Shown: one piece after another, positions 8,333-17,188 of the stretch
Position numbering within the stretch: position 1 is the first letter of the stretch
How the letters are laid out: each line of letters opens with the position of its first letter
Assembly: GCA_041670385.1 (NCBI GenBank)
Contig: JBAXZI010000002.1
Span: forward strand, 5,498 to 69,497
Direction of reading: 5' to 3'
DNA length: 64,000 nucleotides
From: Clostridia bacterium
GTDB lineage: Bacteria; Bacillota; Clostridia; Christensenellales; DTU072
The notes under the pieces: generated by a model
The model's database searches: none
Told to the model about the DNA's origin: nothing
The model's input: the letters and a program-made list of their open reading frames with translations, nothing else
Made by a program: the position numbers and the translations under genes

Positions 8333-8652
8333 TTATACTCCTTAAATGCTATTTTATTTATCCATTAATAGAACAATTATATAATGATATTATAAAAAAT
8401 GTCAAGGTAGTTTGATATGCAAAATATTATTTTCAATATATATAAATTCTTTTATTTAGCATAAAATTTATTATTATTTATTTTTAATAAAGTAAAATGC
8501 ATAATTTTTTGTTGGAACCGAAAAGTTTACGGAAATTTTATCAAAATATATAATAATATAATAATTTATCAGTTATTAAATTTTTTATATTGACTTTATT
8601 ATTATATTTAACTATTATAATAATATAATATTATTAACATTAGGAGGAAGCT

Positions 8653-9675
8653 ATGAAAAAAAAGGCAATATGTTTGTTGCTTTGTTTAATTCTTGCTGTT
8701 AGTTCGACATTAGTATTTAGTGGATGTAGCAATAGTGAAAAATTACAAATTGTATATTTAGGTGATTCGATAGCAGAAGCATTATTAGGACCATCACCAA
8801 TAGTAGAAAGAGATAGATATGGTTATTTTGCAGTATTAGGGAAAGATAATGATTATTATTTTTATAATCGTTCGGTTTCTGGGCATCAAACAGCCCAACT
8901 TTTGGAAGTGATTAGCAGAGATGACCAAGGTGCACAGCGTACCGCTACATTAATTAAAACAGCGGATATTTTACATATTTCAATAATTGGTAATGATTTG
9001 TTGCAACGAAATGTAGGTGAAATGGTAATTGATTTGATGAATGAAGACACAGAATATGTAGATAATATTTTGGATACTTCGTATTCTAATATATGTAAAA
9101 TAATTGCCAAACTTAAAGAACTTAATCCTACAGCAACAATAATTATGCAAACCGTATATAATCCAATTTATGCAGATAGTACTTTATTTAATAAATCAAC
9201 TAGAGAGTATCTAACACAAGAAGGCATAGGAAGTGACCAATATAGAGAAATTGGTAAATTACTTATTAATAGAATGAACGATGTGTTAAAAAAATATAAA
9301 GAGAATTATCCTAATGATATAGATCTTATAGATATAAATAAAGCATTTGATGACATAAGCGTAGCAGATGCTACTAGAGGGGAAAATCTTATATATAGTG
9401 ATTGGGTTCATCCAAGTAATGAAGGACACGCAGTAATCGCCGATACAACGCAAACACGACTTGAAGAATTAGGACTTGCTGACCATAAAAAAGCTTTGAA
9501 AAATTATAAGACTTTAAGAAGCGAACAGCTTGAAGATTTATTTAGTGATAGCGTTGATATAAAAGCAGTAAAAAAACAAATCAAAAAAGCAGATTCTTGT
9601 AGTGAAGTTACCAATATTTATTTTCGTGCTATTGATGGTAAAACGCCTGTATATATAGAAGGAGAGAATAAATAA
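8653..9675 (+). CDS. SGNH/GDSL hydrolase lipoprotein
   Basis: Lipobox LVFSGC. Block I VYLGDSIAE, block III GND (SIIGNDLL), block V DWVHPS. GGAGG RBS present. Confidence 0.8.
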   Translation: MKKKAICLLLCLILAVSSTLVFSGCSNSEKLQIVYLGDSIAEALLGPSPIVERDRYGYFAVLGKDNDYYFYNRSVSGHQTAQLLEVISRDDQGAQRTATLIKTADILHISIIGNDLLQRNVGEMVIDLMNEDTEYVDNILDTSYSNICKIIAKLKELNPTATIIMQTVYNPIYADSTLFNKSTREYLTQEGIGSDQYREIGKLLINRMNDVLKKYKENYPNDIDLIDINKAFDDISVADATRGENLIYSDWVHPSNEGHAVIADTTQTRLEELGLADHKKALKNYKTLRSEQLEDLFSDSVDIKAVKKQIKKADSCSEVTNIYFRAIDGKTPVYIEGENK

Positions 9676-9676
9676 A

Positions 9677-10408
9677 ATGAAAAATAAAAATAAAATAATT
9701 AGTCTAATTTTAGTTTTAGTTTGTGTATTATCAGTTTGTCTTCTTTCTTCTTGTGAGAAAGATAGCAGCAAATATTATGTAGAAGAAGATTCAAGATATT
9801 CTTTTGACCTATTAAAATCTACGGTAATGGATGTACCTTTTGTATTCGCACTAAATAGCACGGAAAGTTTTGTACAATTAAATAGTGACAAGACAATACA
9901 AATAAGCGTTATGGCAAATAATGGGATAACGGCAAAAATAAAAGATTTTATTGATATTAATGCTGCTTTAGATGGGATAAATATAGAACGTGATTTTAAT
10001 GCTTATGCCCCAGAACTTATCCCGGGTGCTAGTTTAGATGACCTTGATACAACAGCAAAATTGCTTTGCAGTAGTTTGGATATAACCCTAACTGGATTAG
10101 GTTTTGCAAACGAACAAACCGAAGAATTATCAAAGATATTAAAAAAGGAAATACCATTTCCTGATGATTATAAAATACCAGATGATTTAGGGTTCAAATA
10201 TAATGGAACATATTATATAGAAGATGTACAAACAGATAGCGGAATAGTAAAAGGTGTTTATATAGGTGACCACGATTCAGATAGCGACTCATTCTTAATA
10301 ATGACACTTTATGAAGAGAAGAAAGGTGAAAATACCATACAAAAACTAATGTTTAGAGTAGAATTTCTTCAATTGTATGTTAGAATGACAAAAACAGAAA
10401 TAAAATAG
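9677..10408 (+). CDS. hypothetical lipoprotein
   Basis: Lipobox LLSSC. The start is 1 nt after the stop of the preceding SGNH gene, suggesting translational coupling. No recognisable domain. Confidence 0.65.
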   Translation: MKNKNKIISLILVLVCVLSVCLLSSCEKDSSKYYVEEDSRYSFDLLKSTVMDVPFVFALNSTESFVQLNSDKTIQISVMANNGITAKIKDFIDINAALDGINIERDFNAYAPELIPGASLDDLDTTAKLLCSSLDITLTGLGFANEQTEELSKILKKEIPFPDDYKIPDDLGFKYNGTYYIEDVQTDSGIVKGVYIGDHDSDSDSFLIMTLYEEKKGENTIQKLMFRVEFLQLYVRMTKTEIK

Positions 10409-10517
10409 GAATAAAAATGGATTATGGAAGAATAAGTTCTTACTTTTCCTAAAATAGTATGTAATAAAAATTTAAAATAAGAAAAACCGACTATTAATTT
10501 AGGCGGTTTTTTCTTTG

Positions 10518-10872
10518 TGGTGGAGATGAGGAGACTTGCACTCCTGTCCTTACGCGTTCAAAAAAGTCTTTCTACATATTTATCCTCTTCGTAATTTTGT
10601 CGCAAGAAGTCACCAAAGGGGCCAAATTCTTTCTTGTCTAGTTTCTGGGATGCAATGAATGGTCACGAAACTACTTCCAAACATTGTTGTCTACTATCCG
10701 TCGCCGAGATAAAGACCGTAGACACTTCTTTATTCGACGGCTACCAGATTAAGCGGCAGCTAGCTCAAAATTATTATTTTTAGCGTTTATATTTTTTTTC
10801 CGTTTCTAACGAAGACGAGCCTCCGATATGCTTAACTTCCCATTGCACACAAGTCGAATCTACAACACCCCC
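10518..10872 (-). ncRNA. ssrA: tmRNA (transfer-messenger RNA)
   Basis: Minus strand starts GGGGGTGTTGTAGATTCGAC and ends GGACAGGAGTGCAAGTCTCCTCATCTCCACCA. The acceptor stem pairs with G3-U70. The internal tag ORF GCT AAA AAT AAT AAT TTT GAG CTA GCT GCC GCT TAA gives AKNNNFELAAA (complement of 10749-10784). Length is 355 nt. Confidence 0.9.
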
Positions 10873-10919
10873 ATAAATTAATACGGGTACACATTTTTTT
10901 TAACGCTTGAGCTTGTATT

Positions 10920-10949
10920 ATTATATGCCTAATATGTGGTTTTTGTCAA
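10920..10949 (-). promoter_or_regulatory. candidate ssrA promoter
   Basis: Minus strand: TTGACA (complement of 10944-10949), 18 nt, TATAAT (complement of 10920-10925). This implies a precursor about 40 nt longer than the mature 5' end. Confidence 0.45.
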
Positions 10950-11058
10950 TGGTTTGATTATTATCTTTTTATCGACTTTTTATAAATAAATACTAGCTTA
11001 ATATTAAAATTCAATTGTTTTGCTTGTATTTTGCCATTATATATGATATAAACAAAAT

Positions 11059-11757
11059 ATGAAAAAACGATTTACAAAATTATTTATGAATTTAATTGCT
11101 AATACCGAGTATGCAAAAATAGGCGACCATTGGCGTGGATTTAGACTTATTTTTAATTTGTTGTCTGCTTTTTTATATACGGCTTATGCAATTTATGTTT
11201 TGAAATTTAAAAATAGTAGTCAATTTTCTATGTGGCTTATTATTATTGTCGTTGTTATATTTATAGCATTAACAATTACCCTAATCGGAATAAGCAAAAC
11301 AAAACAAAAATATTCAAAGAAAAATTATAAATTAATTACAAATATTCTAAGGAACCTAATTAAATTTGTTAGTTTGGTGCCACCGGTTTTTGTGCTTATT
11401 CAAGGTAGGTCTTTTGGGACAGGGTGGGAAACAGCTTTAAATATTTATGCTATAATTCATATAACTTATATAGTATATAAAATGCTTAGCAATATGGTTA
11501 GATTAATAATTCGTAAGTTTAGGACAAAAACATATATAAAGAAAGAAGAAAAACGAAGTAGACGTAAACAAATTAATGAAAAAATCTATACAGTTGCACA
11601 AAATGTAATAAAAACTAAATTAGATAAAGAAAATTATGAAGTTAATAAAAAAGGGCATTATGCAATCGAACCTGGAAAATATTATGACGATAGTGAACCG
11701 TTGCAAATTGAAATAACAAAGCCTCCAATAGATGATAATACTAAAAAATTAGATTAA
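11059..11757 (+). CDS. hypothetical membrane protein with Lys/Glu-rich C-terminus
   Basis: About 4 predicted TM segments followed by a charged tail. No clear RBS and no recognised family. Confidence 0.5.
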   Translation: MKKRFTKLFMNLIANTEYAKIGDHWRGFRLIFNLLSAFLYTAYAIYVLKFKNSSQFSMWLIIIVVVIFIALTITLIGISKTKQKYSKKNYKLITNILRNLIKFVSLVPPVFVLIQGRSFGTGWETALNIYAIIHITYIVYKMLSNMVRLIIRKFRTKTYIKKEEKRSRRKQINEKIYTVAQNVIKTKLDKENYEVNKKGHYAIEPGKYYDDSEPLQIEITKPPIDDNTKKLD

Positions 11758-11867
11758 GCATTAAGTAATTATATTGTTCAGAGCAATATGATTAATACAA
11801 TTTTGTACGATATTTATTAACTGCCAAATTAGGCAGTTTTTTTTATTATAAAATTACAAATTTAGTA

Positions 11868-11917
11868 TTGACAAGTAAAAATTGTTATGATAGTATGTAT
11901 ATAACCTGATTATATAC
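11868..11917 (+). promoter_or_regulatory. promoter plus inverted-repeat operator of the PadR operon
   Basis: TTGACA (11868-11873), 17 nt, TAGTAT (11891-11896), immediately followed by the 8-5-8 inverted repeat GTATATAA-cctga-TTATATAC (11897-11917). Confidence 0.45.
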
Positions 11918-11948
11918 CTAATGTCATAAACAGGAAAGGAGGCGCATA

Positions 11949-12278
11949 TTGTTAGGTGGTGAAATACTTAGAGGCAATACAGAAACAGTTATTCTGCGAT
12001 GCTTATCAAATGGAGATAGTTATGGATATGAAATATCCAAATTCTTTGTTAGCGAAAGCGATAATCAAATAGAAGTTAAGGATGCGACGATATATCAAGC
12101 ATTTAGGCGAATGGAGAAGGATGAATTGATAGAAGCATATTGGGGTGATGGTGTACTTGGGGCAAGAAGAAGGTATTATAAAATAACAGATAAAGGCAAA
12201 AAATTTTACATTCAAAAACAAGAAGAATGGAAACAAACAAAAAAAATACTCGATAGTTTAATAATAGGAGGCAAATAA
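11949..12278 (+). CDS. PadR family transcriptional regulator
   Basis: 109 aa. ETVILRCLSNGDSYGYEISKF...YQAFRRMEKDELIEAYWG...RRRYYKITDKGKK is a classic PadR wHTH. TTG start 6 nt after AAAGGAGG. Confidence 0.85.
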   Translation: MLGGEILRGNTETVILRCLSNGDSYGYEISKFFVSESDNQIEVKDATIYQAFRRMEKDELIEAYWGDGVLGARRRYYKITDKGKKFYIQKQEEWKQTKKILDSLIIGGK

Positions 12279-13120
12279 TGAAAGAAAGATTTAAAAGATA
12301 TTTAGAAAGAGAATTCAAAAGAATAGCACCGACTAAAGAGGCTATGGAATATAGGGAAGAAGTCTTTAGAAACTTACTTGATAAATCACAAGAATTAAAA
12401 ATTAAAGGCATTGAAAATGAAGAAATGATATATGAAATGTGTATAGATGATTTAGGGGATTTTCACATAACATTACAGGATTTTGAAAATAAAAGAATTG
12501 AGATAAAAGAAACCGCAAGAAAAGCAGGAATAACAATAATTTTTGCGATTACGGCAATTTTATTTATTTCTATAGGGTACTTAATTATAAGCTTTCTAAC
12601 TAGTGCTTGGTCTCAAACTTGGTTAATATTTGTATTGGCAATATTAGCATTTATAGTAGTTTTATCTTCAATAAGAATACCTAAATTACTAAAAGAAAAT
12701 AAATTTATAATTATAAAACTCTATGTTTTAGCTAGCATAGCTATGGTAACGGTCAGTATCTATTTATGTATGTTAATGCTATTTACAGTGCCACTAGTTT
12801 GGCTTGCGTTTTTAGTAATGCCGATGATAATGACTCTTGCACTTACTGTGATTTCCCTAATTGGAGATAGTAAAATGAAATACATTGATTTGGCAGCATT
12901 TATTATGACAACAACATCATTATTATATGTCATTTTGGGGATACTTGATGTGATAGAATGGAGTTGGGGTTGGTTATTACCTGTATTTGGCGTATTTTTA
13001 GTACTATTAGTATTTGCCATACAAATAATTATTTATAAGAAGAATAAAATAAGTTCTAATGATGATATAGATAAAATATCTAATGAGAATGAAAAGTTTT
13101 ATACACAATGGAAAGAGTAA
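12278..13120 (+). CDS. PadR-associated polytopic membrane protein (DUF1700-like N-terminus)
   Basis: ATG overlaps the padR stop (TAATG). A soluble helical N-terminal region of about 85 aa is followed by about 6 TM segments. Confidence 0.7.
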   Translation: MKERFKRYLEREFKRIAPTKEAMEYREEVFRNLLDKSQELKIKGIENEEMIYEMCIDDLGDFHITLQDFENKRIEIKETARKAGITIIFAITAILFISIGYLIISFLTSAWSQTWLIFVLAILAFIVVLSSIRIPKLLKENKFIIIKLYVLASIAMVTVSIYLCMLMLFTVPLVWLAFLVMPMIMTLALTVISLIGDSKMKYIDLAAFIMTTTSLLYVILGILDVIEWSWGWLLPVFGVFLVLLVFAIQIIIYKKNKISSNDDIDKISNENEKFYTQWKE

Positions 13121-13145
13121 TATAGTTTATCGGGAGGGGTTATTT

Positions 13146-14429
13146 ATGGAAACAAAGAGAATAAAAGCGGAAATGTGGGACAAAATGCAATACCTTTTTC
13201 GCAACTATTATGACAGAATGGTTCACGCGGTTTTGTATTACGATGGAAAGATAGATGTAAATATATTAAAGCAAGTGCTTGTATATATGACTGAAAAAGC
13301 ACCAGTATTGCATAGTGAATTTGTTGATAATAAAGTTCATCCATATTGGAAAATTAGAGACTATAAAATTGACGATATATTAAAATATACAAAAAGTGAA
13401 AATTTAGAAAATGATATTAACAGTTTTATTACGGAAATGATACCGATAACTAACAATGTACAGTATCAAGTGAGGTTATTTGATGATGGTAAAAAATCTG
13501 TATTCTGTATGCTAATAAATCATATGTGCTTTGATGGTGGGGATACTAAATATTTCCTTAAAAAAATGGCAGAAAACTATAATAAATTATTAAACAAGCA
13601 ATACAATTTGGAATTAAAAGCGGGCGATAGAGGATATAAGCAAGTATATACAAAATTAGAATCTGAAGATATTAAAATAGCAAAAGGATTGTATAAAAAT
13701 GTAAGTGTTGTTAAAGATGCACATACTTTTCCCGTAACTGAGCCTAGTGATGGAGATATAAGCCGTATACTTAGAGAAAAAATTGATAGAGAAACTTTTC
13801 AAAAGTTTAAGGAAAAAGGCAAAGAATGGAATGTAACTATAAATGATTCTTTACTTGCTGTTTATATACATACTTTATATCAAATAGGGGATTATCCAAA
13901 AGATGAAAAAGTAAGTATCCCGTGTATGGTCGATTTGCGTCGGCATATAAAAGGTGGTATTGATGCAGGTGGTCTAACAAATCATACTGGATTTATGGTA
14001 GTAAGTACTAAAAAACGGGGTTATACACTAAAAGAAACCTTAATTGAAGTATTGCGTTCGGTAAAAGACAGCAAGCGTGATAGATTCCTCGGATTGTATA
14101 GTTTGCCACTACTTAGTCTTGCTTATATAATTTTCCCTCATATAATAAGTGAAGTTGCTATAAAAATAGGGTATTATAATCCACTAATTGGAATGAGTAA
14201 TATTGGAATTATAAATACGGAAGAATTAAAACTCGGAAATAATAATCTTATAGACGGGTTTATGACAGGTGGTATTAAATATAAACCTTATATGCAACTT
14301 GCCCTAACTACTTTAAATGATGAAATTACAATGACGGTTGCTATGCGTTGTAATGATAATGACGAAGAAATAATAAACAATTTTTTCCAAAGATTTAAGG
14401 AAAATATGAACAAATTTATCGCCGAATAA
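13146..14429 (+). CDS. stand-alone condensation-domain / HxxxD acyltransferase superfamily protein
   Basis: Motif INHMCFDGGD resembles the HHxxxDG catalytic motif of NRPS C-domains, PapA5 and alcohol acyltransferases, with Asn in place of the first His. Start reset to the ATG at 13146 behind GGGAGGGG. Confidence 0.7.
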   Translation: METKRIKAEMWDKMQYLFRNYYDRMVHAVLYYDGKIDVNILKQVLVYMTEKAPVLHSEFVDNKVHPYWKIRDYKIDDILKYTKSENLENDINSFITEMIPITNNVQYQVRLFDDGKKSVFCMLINHMCFDGGDTKYFLKKMAENYNKLLNKQYNLELKAGDRGYKQVYTKLESEDIKIAKGLYKNVSVVKDAHTFPVTEPSDGDISRILREKIDRETFQKFKEKGKEWNVTINDSLLAVYIHTLYQIGDYPKDEKVSIPCMVDLRRHIKGGIDAGGLTNHTGFMVVSTKKRGYTLKETLIEVLRSVKDSKRDRFLGLYSLPLLSLAYIIFPHIISEVAIKIGYYNPLIGMSNIGIINTEELKLGNNNLIDGFMTGGIKYKPYMQLALTTLNDEITMTVAMRCNDNDEEIINNFFQRFKENMNKFIAE

Positions 14430-14460
14430 ATATTAATATTAATGCATAAATTTAGAGAAT

Positions 14461-14493
14461 AAACAGTTTTACCAGATTTTGGTAAAACTGTTT
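14461..14493 (+). terminator. intrinsic terminator
   Basis: 14-bp perfect stem AAACAGTTTTACCA / TGGTAAAACTGTTT. Confidence 0.7.
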
Positions 14494-14669
14494 AATTTTG
14501 TACAAAATTACAATTTTTTGTAAAAATAGAGTGCCAAAAAAATTAAATATTGCATTTTTTTTTACATTGAAGTATAATTTGTGTATAAGGTTTGATTGTA
14601 AATTGCACAAAAAATTATAAAAGTAAATACAATGAAATAATATGAAATTAATATTTTGGAGTCAAATTA

Positions 14670-16469
14670 ATGAAAAAAATATTCAGTACTTTTATTATTA
14701 TCGCAATACTATTTAGTTTTGTTATACCACTTAGTGGCTGTAGCGACAAGATTGATGGTGATGTAGCTTTTACAACGGATTTACACATTATAGCCAATAG
14801 CCTTATAAATGATGAAAATTATGAAGAACTTTCTTCACAAGATAAAATGGTACAACTCACTGAAGCAATAACCAATACTATGGTAGATGAAATAGTAAAA
14901 AACCGTATTAAGGTGCTTCTTATTGGTGGTGATATTGCAGAAAGGGGCGATGAAGAAAGCCATCTTGCAGCTGCTAAAATATTTGCCAGATTAGAACAAA
15001 AAGGAGTCAAGGTACTAGTAATTAATGGGAATCACGATGTCCCTGCTGAGCTTGGTGGCTCTAAAATTACTAGTAGTAGGTTTTCCGAAATATATGCCGA
15101 TTTTGGCTATAACGAGGCTTTAGATACATATATTACCGACAAAGAGGGCACACTTAGTTATACAGCGGATATTGATAAAAGAAGTCGTCTTATTGCTGTC
15201 GATGATATTGTACATAATGAAGTAAATGAAGATGGAAGTATAGGCGAATATAATAAGACGGAATCAATTTCAAATGACCACATTGATTGGATAATTGCTG
15301 AAGTAAAAAAATGTATAAAAGACGGAAAAAAGCCTATTATAATGACTCATATTTCACTTATGAATCATTTCCCACAAATTGCGCAAACCTTATTTGATAG
15401 TGGAGACCATTTGCAATATAATAAATTATTGGAAATGTTAGCTGATAATGGAGCTAAATATATATTAACAGGACATTATCATTTTCAAGATAGTTTAGAA
15501 TATGTTAGCAAGAAAAGCAACAAACTTTATGAAGTAGAAACAGCTAGTTTGTCTTTCTATCCTTGTGCGTATAGGCAAATTGATATTAAAAAAGGGGAAA
15601 TTGATACTTACACCAGATATATAAACAATATTGATGAAAGTTATTTGCCAAGTGCTATTTCCCAAGAAGATAGAGATGCGATAAATAACGATTTTCCACA
15701 ATATTGCATAAAATGTTTTGATAATAAAATGGAAAGTATGATAAATGCTTATGCTACTAATGACGGGGTTATCGGGGAAATGATTGATGGTATAGAAGAC
15801 CCTTCTGCAAAACAAATATCGAGTAAATTATTTGATATAATTGGTACAGTAGTTAACAGTCCATTTTATATTAAAGATGAAGATAATAATACATCACTAG
15901 AAAGAATTTTGGAGCAATATAACATAGAAATAGGGCATACGGATACCAAGAATTTGATGGAATTATTGCCTAAAATGGCGGAAAAACTATTTTATGGTGA
16001 TGAAAATTTGCAAGATAGTGAAGAAATTCAAATTATCAATTATAGTATTTATAGTTTATTTTATTATCTAAATATGCAAGCTGATGAAATTTATAATTTG
16101 AATACTGAATATCCTAAAGTAAATATAAACTTAGAAAAATTGTTTGTAAATGGAGAATTAGAGTGTTATGAAAGCAATTTGGTAGCTTTTGCAGTTAGTC
16201 TAACTACAAGTATAAATGAAGATGTAGGCGAATTTCTTGGGGCATTTATAGAAAAGAATTTTTCGAAATATAATGCCTTTATTAGTCCAGCAATTAGTTA
16301 TGCAACTAAAGGATTAATAAACGGAAAAGACATTTCTCCATATATTAATATTTATAGTATAATGATAGGTCAAATATTAAATGATGAAATTTGGGGTAAT
16401 TATGCTAAAGATTATATTTTAGATAATCCACCTGCTGATAATAAATTTTCATTTGAATGGAAAATTTAA
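14670..16469 (+). CDS. metallophosphoesterase lipoprotein with large C-terminal extension
   Basis: Lipobox PLSGC. Calcineurin-like motifs TDLH, GGDIAERGD, GNHD, GHYH. Confidence 0.8.
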   Translation: MKKIFSTFIIIAILFSFVIPLSGCSDKIDGDVAFTTDLHIIANSLINDENYEELSSQDKMVQLTEAITNTMVDEIVKNRIKVLLIGGDIAERGDEESHLAAAKIFARLEQKGVKVLVINGNHDVPAELGGSKITSSRFSEIYADFGYNEALDTYITDKEGTLSYTADIDKRSRLIAVDDIVHNEVNEDGSIGEYNKTESISNDHIDWIIAEVKKCIKDGKKPIIMTHISLMNHFPQIAQTLFDSGDHLQYNKLLEMLADNGAKYILTGHYHFQDSLEYVSKKSNKLYEVETASLSFYPCAYRQIDIKKGEIDTYTRYINNIDESYLPSAISQEDRDAINNDFPQYCIKCFDNKMESMINAYATNDGVIGEMIDGIEDPSAKQISSKLFDIIGTVVNSPFYIKDEDNNTSLERILEQYNIEIGHTDTKNLMELLPKMAEKLFYGDENLQDSEEIQIINYSIYSLFYYLNMQADEIYNLNTEYPKVNINLEKLFVNGELECYESNLVAFAVSLTTSINEDVGEFLGAFIEKNFSKYNAFISPAISYATKGLINGKDISPYINIYSIMIGQILNDEIWGNYAKDYILDNPPADNKFSFEWKI

Positions 16470-16482
16470 GGAGATAATATAA

Positions 16483-17058
16483 ATGGACAGAGAAAAAGCA
16501 TTAAATTTATTATTAAAATATAATAAAGAATTTTTTCATATAAAGCACGCATTAACAGTAGAAGGAACTATGCGATATATAGCAAGAGAATTTGGCGAAG
16601 ATGAAGAGTTTTGGGGTATAGTAGGCTTACTTCACGATGTTGATTATGGTAGTTTTCCTACCTTGCATTGTGTAAAAGCGGTAGCTTTACTTAGTGAAAT
16701 AGATGCGCCTAAAGAAATGGTTCACGCTATTTGCAGTCACGGTTATGGACTTACCGAAACTACTTGTAAACCAGAAAAGAAAATGGAAAAAGTGCTTTTT
16801 TGTATAGATGAGCTTACTGGACTTATTGGTGCAAGTGCATTAATGCGACCGAGCAAAAGCGTTATGGATATGGAAGTTACTAGTATTAAGAAAAAATTCA
16901 AAGATAAACATTTTGCCGCAGGCTGTGATAGAGAAGTAATAAGTAATGGTGCAAAAATGCTTAATATGGAGCTTGCTCAAGTATTTGAAATTACATTAAA
17001 TGCTATGAAAAGTTGCGAAAATGAAATTAATGACTATTTAAAAATTGTAATATCGTAA
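16483..17058 (+). CDS. HD-domain phosphohydrolase
   Basis: 191 aa. H...HD motif (GLLHDVDY) plus downstream His residues. Confidence 0.8.
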   Translation: MDREKALNLLLKYNKEFFHIKHALTVEGTMRYIAREFGEDEEFWGIVGLLHDVDYGSFPTLHCVKAVALLSEIDAPKEMVHAICSHGYGLTETTCKPEKKMEKVLFCIDELTGLIGASALMRPSKSVMDMEVTSIKKKFKDKHFAAGCDREVISNGAKMLNMELAQVFEITLNAMKSCENEINDYLKIVIS

Positions 17059-17188
17059 TTTTTCGCTTAAAAAAGATAAAACTTCTAATAATATCAATAA
17101 AAAAGTAAATATTTAATTATAATTATATATTAATGTGAGTTATAATAGTTATAATTGTTAATAATATTAATTCAAATTCGGGGGGTAA

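Noticed and set aside
8540-8640. Direct repeats of TATAATAATATAATA about 68 bp apart in the divergent promoter region, which look CRISPR-like or iteron-like at first glance.
   Set aside because: There are only two copies of low-complexity A/T sequence in a promoter region. This is expected by chance at this base composition. No spacer-repeat periodicity was seen anywhere in the window.
10409-10517. Possible genomic island, integrase or att repeat at the tmRNA 3' end, and an 11-codon ORF (MDYGRISSYFS) at about 10427.
   Set aside because: The neighbouring genes are ordinary lipoprotein genes. I found no integrase and no duplicated ssrA 3' segment. The mini-ORF has no RBS.
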